Below are positions 55,405 through 64,000 of a stretch of DNA of 64,000 nucleotides, piece by piece. Source of the DNA: Lama glama (taxonomy: Eukaryota); assembly GCA_028534125.1 (NCBI GenBank), contig CM052816.1, positions 100,380,001 to 100,444,000 of the forward strand. Direction: 5' to 3'. Numbering within the stretch: position 1 is the first letter of the stretch; the number at the start of each line of letters is the position of its first letter. The notes beneath the pieces are model-generated. The model was not told the origin of the DNA. It did no database searches and was given only the letters and a program-made list of their open reading frames with translations. The position numbers were made by a program, and so were the translations under genes.

Positions 55405-55642
55405 CTGTTTTGTTTAATCCCTGGGGCGGCTGTGACAAAATGCCCCAGACTTTGTGGCTTACAATAGCAGAAATGCATCCTCTCACAGCTCTGGCGGCCA
55501 GAGTCTGAAAGGAAGGTGTGGGCAGGGCCACACTCCGTCCAGAGGGTCCAGGAGAGGACACGTCCTGCCTCCTCCAGCACCCGGTGGCTGCCTGCGCTCC
55601 TCGGCTTGTGGCTGAAGTTGGAGCCTCCTGTGTGCACACGTC
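55405..55642 (-). mobile_element. MLT1 LTR fragment (3' half)
   Basis: GGCTGTGACAAAATGCCCCAGACTTTGTGGCTTACAATAGCAGAAATGCATCCTCTCACAGCTCTGGCGGCCAGAGTCTGAAA..AAGGTGTGGGCAGGGCCACACTCC is antisense MLT1. Confidence 0.85.
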
Positions 55643-58012
55643 TCAGCGGGGACCGGAGCCCGGGGAGCGATGACCGCCCCATGCTGCCTGGGTTCCTTTG
55701 CGTCATGGCCTCCCCAGGCCAGCAGAGCCCCTCGCGTGAGGGCACAGGGTCCCAGTATGCAGGGGAACCCTGGGCAGCTTTCTGTGGACCAGCGCCAGAA
55801 ATCACAGGTGTCCTTCCTGCTCTGTCCTTAGCTCAAACAACTACCAGCCTTCTTGGATTCAGAAGAGAGGAAATAGAGCCTCTGTCTCAGTGGGGCAGCT
55901 GGCAGAGAAATTCATGGCTGTCTCCTTGACAAAGAACCTTCCAGCCCGCCCTCTGGCCACAAGTTACCCACACTCCAGCCTCGTGCCAAGCAGGTCAAGG
56001 CCACACTCAGCCTCTCTGGCGACAGGCTTGGGTCCACGCGAGGGCGAGGCTCCTGGGCGTGGCTCCATACACACAGCTTCTCTCAGTCTACAGAACTGTG
56101 TGCAGAAGAGCCACTCTTCCTCTACAAGAAATGACCTGAGCTTGTTACTGAACGTCCGACTCAACCACCTAGCCAAACACCCTTTTTCTCGGTACTGTTT
56201 TTGCACTATTTCAGTTGAACCTGGTACAATTCCTTTAAAAACACTTTGGGTTTCCTTTGTGTCGTCTTATAGCTCATGCCCTGAGCCAGAAGTCACATCC
56301 ACATACTTTTCACGGGAGAGCCTCCGCCGCCTTGAGCTCCCTGTGTGCAGAGGGGGATCCGCCTTCGAGTCTCAGAAGCCCGGTTGTGGAACGGGCAGGA
56401 TCTGTGCACCGAGACTCCCAGAAGGTGGGCTAGTTTGAAAAACCCCGTGAAGAACTGCCTGAAATCTCTCTCTGGAGGGACTGAAGGTGGGAAGTCGTTT
56501 GCTTTCAGGGCCAGCAAGCCCTGTCTGCTTACATTCCCCCTAAATTCCACTTGGAAGCTGAGGACCTCCTTCTGCGCCTCATCCCCTCTCCTTACCTGTG
56601 ATGCTCAGCTGACGCAAAGCAGCTGACACTTTCAGCGTTCTGCCTGAACTTTCCCATAGCCAAATCCTTCAGGTCATTGCAAGCGTTTGGTGTTTTCTCC
56701 ATTATTTCAGGCAACAATTTTGCTAAAACTTCCGCCCCTGAATAGTGAGAGTCTTCTTTCCTCCAAACGTTCCCCTCACTTTTTGTGGGGTTTCAACTGG
56801 CACCCCTTAGGACAGCAGCCTGGCTTCTGCTAACAGCCCCCTCAAGGGCCGGTCCCAGTGGGTTTTGGGCCATCACGGTGTGGCGTCTCTCCTCCAGCGG
56901 CCGAATCCTCGCCCCCTTCCTGCTGATGCAAAACAAACCACCTACAGCTTTAGGCATAAACAACCCTTTTCGTTTGCTAATATATTCGGGGAGTTAAGAA
57001 TTTAAACAGACTGCTGAGAAGGTGGCCTGTCTCTGATCTGCAACGTCTGGACAGAAACTCGTGGAGTCTGGGCTGACCCATAGGACGAGGCGGGGATAAC
57101 GTGAAGAAAAGCTGGGCAAAGCTGTCTGGCGCTGGGACTGGCAGCCAGAATGCTTCCATGCGGTCGACCCTCTTAGAGCTGACAGACACTCCGACTCCCG
57201 GGCTCAGCAGAGCAAGGTGGGCGCTGCCTGTGTGCTTTAAACTAGCCTCCGCCGTGTAAGCTGGGCCGCTGTCGCTGTGCGGGTTGGGGCAGCCGTCGGC
57301 CACCTCCGATGGAAGCGGGGGGACGTGCAGCCCACAGCGCGGTCGGGGGGCAGGGGAGACTTTTTAACTGCCTCGTGCGTTATGCCAGACTAGATCCACT
57401 AAGCCAGCTCCAGATCATGAGACTGCCAGGTAGCTGAGGGCGAAGGGTTTTCTCCTCATCCATTGATGGAATCCGTCCATCGTCCACGTGTTCACACACG
57501 TGCTCGTCAGACATCTGAGTCCTCACCAGGCAGCCCACAGGGCAGGCTCTGCAGAGCCGTGGCCTTCCGACTCCATCCTCGCGGGCCCTGCTCGGTCTCA
57601 GAGGACCCCTCCCACTCTGAGGGAGTGGCTGTGGTGTGTCCCCAGCAGCCCCCGCCTCCTCCAGGCTCCTCTCTCATTCACTGCCCACCCAGCAACTGGA
57701 AAGTTCTCTCCAGGATGCGAAGTGGATGTGCTCTTTCTTGCTCACCTCGTCCAGGGGTTCCAGCTGCTTCTGCGACAAGCCAGCTGCCCTGGAGCGTTCT
57801 CTGGGGCTGGGACTCGGGTCCGCTCTGCGTCCCGTCTGGAACCTCGCCCCCTCCTTCCTTTGCCGCTCCCCCAATGGACTCTCCCCAGATGCTTAAATGC
57901 TCTGTCTCTTTCTCCCTCCATCTCTCCCTCTCTTGGTACCATCTTGGCCTGGTGCCCCCGCGTAGCCCTCTTTGCTTTTCCCTTTGACGAGTAATTCCTT
58001 CTCAGTGCTCTG

Positions 58013-58106
58013 GCCCCTCCTGCCTCACAGGCCCCTCCTACCTCCCTGGCCCCTCCTGCCTCGCAGGCCTCTCCTGCCTCGCAAGCCCCTCCGGCCTCCC
58101 TGGCCC
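58013..58106 (+). repeat. 18-bp minisatellite, 5 units
   Basis: GCCCCTCCTGCCTC(ACAG/CCTG/GCAG/GCAA) units start at 58013, 58031, 58049, 58067 and 58085. Confidence 0.9.
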
Positions 58107-61100
58107 GGCGCTCTGCTCCATCCTGCGGCCCCATCAGACGTCCTTGGTGCTTGTCTCAGTGTCTGTGGCCAGAGCTGGGCTCCAGCGGGCGGGGCTGGCC
58201 CGTCTGGCTCAGCGTTGTGATGTCGCGCCTCGAAGAGCCGTGAGCTTTGCTTGAATTGTTTCAGGATCTGCTGTTTCAGATGCCTGTGGTCACGTCCGTG
58301 CAGGTTGGGGCCTGAGCTGGGCGGGAGAGGTCCAACCCAGCTGTCCCATGTTGCTTCCCGGCCTCGGTCCAGTGGTGCCCGGCCACGTGTCAGACCCCAG
58401 AGCAGGACGCCTGCCCCAGCGTGGCAGCGAAGAGGACAATGGACTTCCCGAGTGTCCCCGAAGGGATGCAGTGAATCCCGGCTCGGTATCCCATGGTGGC
58501 CCTGTGACACAGGCTTCTTTCAGTCCACGGGCTGACGTTTCTGGCTCTGAGGGAGATGCAGGAGGGGAGGGAAGCGGTCGCTGGCTGGGGCGTGGCCAGC
58601 AGGAATTCACGTCGAGGGGACAGAGCATGTGGCTATTCGCGGCTGCTCACCTCGGACGGATCCTCGTCGCGCCAGGTCTCTGTGGCCAAGGAAAGCCGAA
58701 CGCGGTGCCGCGTACAAGCCTACCCCACGCTGTGAGAGCAGGGCCTGGCCTGTGCGGCGCTGGGCCGCCCTCCGGGGCCACGGCTGTGGCCCCCGCATCT
58801 CTCACGTCTGCGGCAAGGGAGGGGCAGGTTTCCAGACGGCTGCATGTACACGCGTACACTTTCTTATTCCAATTCACAGATGGCTTAGATGAACAGGCCG
58901 GGAGGAAGGAAATGCGGGAGGGCGGCAGGACCTGTCCTGGGCCTGCGTAAGGGACCTGCTTCCATCGGAATGGGAGTCTCTGCTGAATCTTTCCGGGCGT
59001 TCTGGAAGCGAAACCCCAGGTGAGACGTCCCTGCAGGCACCCTGGGCCCACACACACTTGGCCTGAGGCTCCCAACCCTCGTCCTGTTCCACCACTGGGG
59101 GCAATGACGGGGGGGTGCAAAAGGGGCTCTGGGGGAGGGGTCACAGCAGTTCACAAGTTTAGGGGTGTCTGACCATCCCTTCCAGGACTGAGGGAGCTTC
59201 GGCTAACTCACACCTTTTGAGGTCGGGAGGTGACCCGCCCGAGGGTCAGGAATTCTCACCCTCACCCTGAGGCCAGGGAGGCCAGGCTTCCGTGTGGTGT
59301 CTCCCCTCCAGCAAGGGGATGGGTCCGCATCCAGGATGGGACCCCAGTGGCTGAAGGCCCAGTGGCTCAGGGAGGTCCTAGGTGGCCCTGACAGGAGAGT
59401 TGAGAGTGTCCCCAACTGACGGTCACTGCGAAAATGGGCTTTTTCATACTCCAGACAGAAGTTCGGGTCACCTGCCCTCCCTCTCCAGGTTTTAGAGAGT
59501 TTGTCCTGGTGATGCAGGGACCTGAGGAAGGCCTCGTGTTCTGCAGAAGCTCCACCAGCAGGAACAGGGACTGGGGACCAGGGGAACCCAGCTCGCCCCC
59601 ACTCCCCACACCTGGGCGCCTCCCCGCAGAAGCAGGTTCTCAGACGAGGAGATGTAGACGGTGCCTTCAGTGCTGACAAGCTGCTTCGCTCCCTGGGTCT
59701 CCACACGAGGCACCCAGCTGCTGTTCCAACAGCGCGGGCGCGTCTCCTGCTGGTAACGCGCCGGGTGACCCCAGGCACCCTCCTGATCCGGCTGGGGGTC
59801 CTCACACCTGTCTGGGCCTGTGTTCCCGGAGCCGCCTCTCCTTGCCACGCCAGGGAGGGGCCGGGTGGGGGTCTGTTTATAGAGGAGCTGTTCCCCGACC
59901 CCCCGTCGTCACCCCGGCAGCAGATACGTTTAATTACTGCTGTGCACACCGAACGCCCTGCGTGGCCATTTCCCCTTGAGCGAGACCATGTGTGAGTGTG
60001 TGTGAAAACGTAAACAGATTGTATAACAGAGTGTTCTCTGGCTGTCAGCAAGGGCTTTGAAAATAAAACACTTCCCTCCCAACTCACAATTGGCTGGCAG
60101 TCGGCACAGAATGAATCATCGCTCCAGGGACCCGTGGAAAGATGTGTGGGGAAACTTTAATTAAAAGCTTGTCAGCGCAGTTTTACCTGGGTGACATCAC
60201 CCGCGTGAGATGCCGCTGGGGGCTTTGTTGTCCGTGGGATCGCAGGGCGCACACTTGTTTTGCTGACAGCAAACAAGTCGGGAAGGCCGGGACGAGCAGG
60301 CGGTGGGTGGACGGGAGTGGGTGGGCGGTGTTGCTGCCCGGAGCCCCGTCGTGTGTGGGGCCCTGATTTGCTAGGGAGCGGCCGGACTCAGGGCCCAGGA
60401 TGCGCGGCTGCCCACGGCGGGGCCTGGGTGGGAGGTGAAGCTGGCTGGGGGCCCAGTGACGGGGCAGGAGTCCCCCCAGGTCTCCTGGCGATGCCAGTGT
60501 GGCTGGGGGAATGTTTCTCCCTGGGGGTGGCCCAGCTCCCCACTCCCAGTGGCAGGGCCGGAAGGAGCGATAAACGAGGCCCGTGGGCAGCACATCCAGT
60601 CCCCCGGGACGGACAGAGCTGGGTTTGTGCCCGAGCTTTCAGAGCTACCAGAAGCATCCAGGGAGGCAGCGAGGTGGGGAGGGCTTGTGTCCCTCCAAAC
60701 GTGCCTTCCGAATGCCTCCTCCCAGCAAGCCAATTATGTTCAGCTGTACTGTCAGCTGGAGACACCCACTTCTGCATCACCCTTATGTGAGCCGTCAGCA
60801 AGGATACCGAATTAAATGACTTTCGAGGTTAGAAAGAACGTTGGAGGTTAGAGGTTAGAGGAACTGAGTTTTGACCAAGGCAAAGACCTCGAGATGCTGA
60901 GCAGCGGCAGTCAGGGCTGGGGGTGGTGGGCGCTCTCTCGGGTTACGGATGTGGCAGGAGACCTCACGTTCCTTGTTGCCTTCTTTTGTTCCTCACTAGT
61001 TTGTTACAAGCTTGCATTCCTAATATTAATGAATTAATTGCAACTTATAGCAATTAAATGCTAATTAGTCCATCTTCCGAACAACGACTTTCTTTTATCT

Positions 61101-62003
61101 GTAACTGTTTACTTGACATGCATGTGCTTTCGCGGCAATTAAACGTTGCAGTACAACCTGACACTTTCCACACTGTGTTTGGACAAGTAAGCGAGCAACT
61201 GCGTTACTTTTATCGGTCACCTCAGGCCTCTGAGCCGCGGAGCTGAGAGGAGCGTGGACTTGGCTGAAATGACGACAAGTCTGGGCTGGAGTGAGCACGT
61301 GGCTCTGCTTATTGTGTGACTCTATCTCAGATGGACTGTATTTCTGTCTACACTTTGATGTCTGGGTGAAAGGCTTTAAGGCACCCACAGCCAGCGGGAG
61401 GAGTCAGAGCCGACGCAGCCCCAGGAGGTCCGAGGACCTCTGCTCCAAAGGCCCTAGCCCGGGCTCTCAGAGGGAGTACTTGGATCACCTGGGCTCACAT
61501 CGAAGGCGGCTTTCACAGCGGCTACCTTTGTCATCCCAGGAGTGGGCAAAGACATCTGGCGAAGAGGAGCAGTCCTCAGCGTACGAGCGGCGTGGACTGC
61601 GGAAGTCCGTCTGCAAGTCCCAAAGCACAGCGCCCTGCACGGGGTGAGGTCCCCAGGCCAAGCCGGAAGAAGCTCAGCTGGTCCTTTTCCTGCAGCTGAC
61701 GTCCCTGAAGCTGACTCCAGGCGCAGGCTCAGGCTTCAGCTCAACACTGGGTATGGGGCCGGTGGGCGCGGTGGGGGCACGAGGCTGCTCTAACCCCTGG
61801 GCCTCCCTCCCTGGCTGTGGAGCTGGGACTGAGGGCAGCTCACCCTCTGGGATGCCTGCAGACGTGGACCCAGGCTCAGGATGCTGAGCGTAGAGGGGTC
61901 TTGCAAAGCTGGTGCAGTCTTTCCATTTGTATTTGCCTGGTTATGCATCCACTTCTTGGCATTTCCAGAGATCAGTGTGATCCTTCTTTCCCTGTTTCTC
62001 CCC

Positions 62004-62129
62004 TTCCTGCTCCTCTTCCTCTGCTTCCTGCTCCTCTTCCTCCAGTTTCTGTTCTTCTTCCTCCATTTCCTGCTCTTCTTCCTCTGCTTCCTGTTCCTCT
62101 TCTTCCACTTTCTGCTCCTCTTCCTTTTT
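62004..62129 (+). repeat. 21-bp pyrimidine-rich minisatellite, 6 units
   Basis: TTCCTGCTCCTCTTCCTCTGC-type units start at 62004, 62025, 62046, 62067, 62088 and 62109. Confidence 0.9.
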
Positions 62130-63189
62130 CGTTTTGTCTCTTTTTGTTTCCTAAACTAAATCCCTTTTTCAAACCAAGGGGGGAATTTGCTTTAGTCTCT
62201 CTCTTTTATTTTCTAGAGATTCAGATATGTTTCCAGATTTATATTCTTACCACTTTCCTTTTTTTCTGTAGTGTCTTCTATTTCATTATCTACTGTAACA
62301 TTTTGTGCTGCCAATTAAATGGTAACTTTTGAGATACCTGTCGTTCCCGAGAAGCCGCCTGCGCTCCACTGTCGCGGGAGGTAAGAATGCCTCTGCGTCC
62401 CTTCCACCTGCATTCAACCTCTGTGAGGCAAATGAAGATGGAATGTCCTTAGGAGCAACTTTTGAAAAGGTACTTAGATAGTGGTTAGTGGTCTCCTGAT
62501 TAAAATATCATAGTTTTGGTTGTAAAAGGGTTATTTTTCTAAAACATAGTTTGGAGAGAACATGCTAAAATCACAAATACTTGTCAGCAAGTGCTAATCT
62601 TAAGACAGAGATTATCACTTCCAGAGATATGTATTGAGTCCCCTCCCCAAGGGGCTGTGGTTCTGCTTGGGGGTCCAGTGTGGAGAAGTTGTGGGGGAGC
62701 AGGGGTGCTCAGGACGGAGTGGGACTCGATTTGCGTGCCTCCGGTCCGTCGTGGAGACGCTAACTCCGTTGGTGCTGCCTGAACTGGCCCTGTTGGCTGC
62801 TGCTGGGACTGCGGCGAGTGAAGGCCCTCAGTCTTCTCCACAAGAGGCTGTGTTAATCCAGGACTTGCCCACCCAGCACAGGTGGAGTCGATCTGCGAAC
62901 CCGAGGTGCACGGCATCGCAGCTGTCCCGTGACGTCGCCTCGCTGACTCAGATCCTCGGCGCTCTCCGTGGAGTCGGATCCTGTCCTCGGTGTCGCTGAT
63001 CTCGCCCGCCTTTGTGCCAACACGCATCTGACAGCCCTGGCTCCCGCGTCTCCTTCCGGCTTGCGGGTGCAGACGCTCCCCTCGCACTCTCCTGTTACCG
63101 GCTTAGTCTGCTTCTGCGTTACTCATTACCTAGTTTTATCTGTAGACGACTTATTTTAAGAACAATTCTTTGAGAGTTATTCGTATTAC

Positions 63190-63725
63190 TTTACGAAAGA
63201 CTTCCGGTGATTAAAATCATTCAGTGCTAGTCTAGGAAAAGACAGAACCAAGAATGGAATTGAATTCCTTGTCCGAGGAAAGATGAAAAGCAGAGTGGCA
63301 GCTGACAAATTACAAAGGAGGCCAGAAAACATGACCAGAAAATCATGGGGTACTTACTCCATGATGAAACTCCTGGCCACTCATTTGGGAAAAAGAAACA
63401 CCTCCAATGGAGAAATCTTAATGTAAAAATTCATCTGATAAAATACAACTATGCATCTTACACAAAAATAAATTTAAGGTGGGTAAAAACATTCAGATAC
63501 AAACAATAAGTAAATAAATAAACCACAAAAGTTTAGGGAGAAAATTAAGGGCATTTTCATTAGGTTGCTCTGGTTTTCGGGGTGAACTTCCTAAATATGG
63601 ATTGAAATTATCCTGACAAAGAATGAAAAACTTGACTAATAAAAATGTAAAGTCTACCCAGGGCAAAAAAGAGCAAACATCAAGTGAGAGGAAATGATAA
63701 AATGAAAAAGAAATACGACATTTAA
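63190..63725 (+). mobile_element. Old L1 ORF2-region fragment, degraded
   Basis: A-rich sense-strand L1 phrases: CATCTTACACAAAAATAAATTTAAGGTGGGTAAAA, AAAAGTTTAGGGAGAAAA, TTGACTAATAAAAATGTAAA. Confidence 0.65.
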
Positions 63726-64000
63726 GGCAAACTGAGAAGGGGATACACGCTCAGCAGTTCGAGACCAGACGCAGGAGGAGCAGCCGCCACGCCTGGGGCC
63801 TCAGACCCACCGAAGCTCTGCCGCGCGCCGACGGCAGGAAGCGCCAGGGACGTGGAAACGCAAAGTCCGTGTTTTCGAACCGGCGAACACTTCACTAAAG
63901 GCGACAGCCAGGTGGGCACTGTCCACAGCGTCAGGTCACAGCCCAGGCTGCAGGTTTTCTGGAGGAAATTAACAGGACGTATTTAAATCCAAAATGTACA

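Noticed and set aside
59203..60087. 294-aa minus-strand ORF
   Set aside because: GC-rich, non-ATG start, no recognisable domain or splice context.
1..64000. Window-wide enrichment of the IRX site ACATGT as evidence of autoregulation
   Set aside because: About 16 copies of any 6-mer are expected in 64 kb and I saw no excess. Only copies in notable contexts were kept.

Overview
Mammalian genomic DNA, GC-rich, with one 500-N assembly gap. A Vic-1-type tRNA-derived SINE suggests a camelid. The only protein-coding gene I can support is IRX2 (Iroquois TALE homeobox 2) on the + strand: four coding exons (11831-12079, 13441-13846, 14175-14888, 15687-15739) join in frame to a 473-aa protein with the homeodomain and IRO box. 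It probably also has an intron in its 3' UTR. Head-to-head with IRX2 on the - strand is the orthologue of human C5orf38/CEI (IRX2-DT). Its exons are still recognisable, but the human reading frame is broken here: no start ATG, two frameshifts, a stop and an AG-to-GG acceptor change. That comparison rests on the human protein recalled from memory. The remaining ~47 kb is gene desert with CpG islands, AT-rich candidate enhancer blocks, old transposon fragments (Tigger1, L1, L2, MER53, MLT1) and small tandem repeats. I found no new multi-gene system. The best leads are regulatory: the decayed CEI frame, a uORF and a near-cognate start in the IRX2 leader, a 3' UTR intron whose acceptor regenerates a donor, and a palindromic IRX/p53/TCF-like element downstream of the gene.
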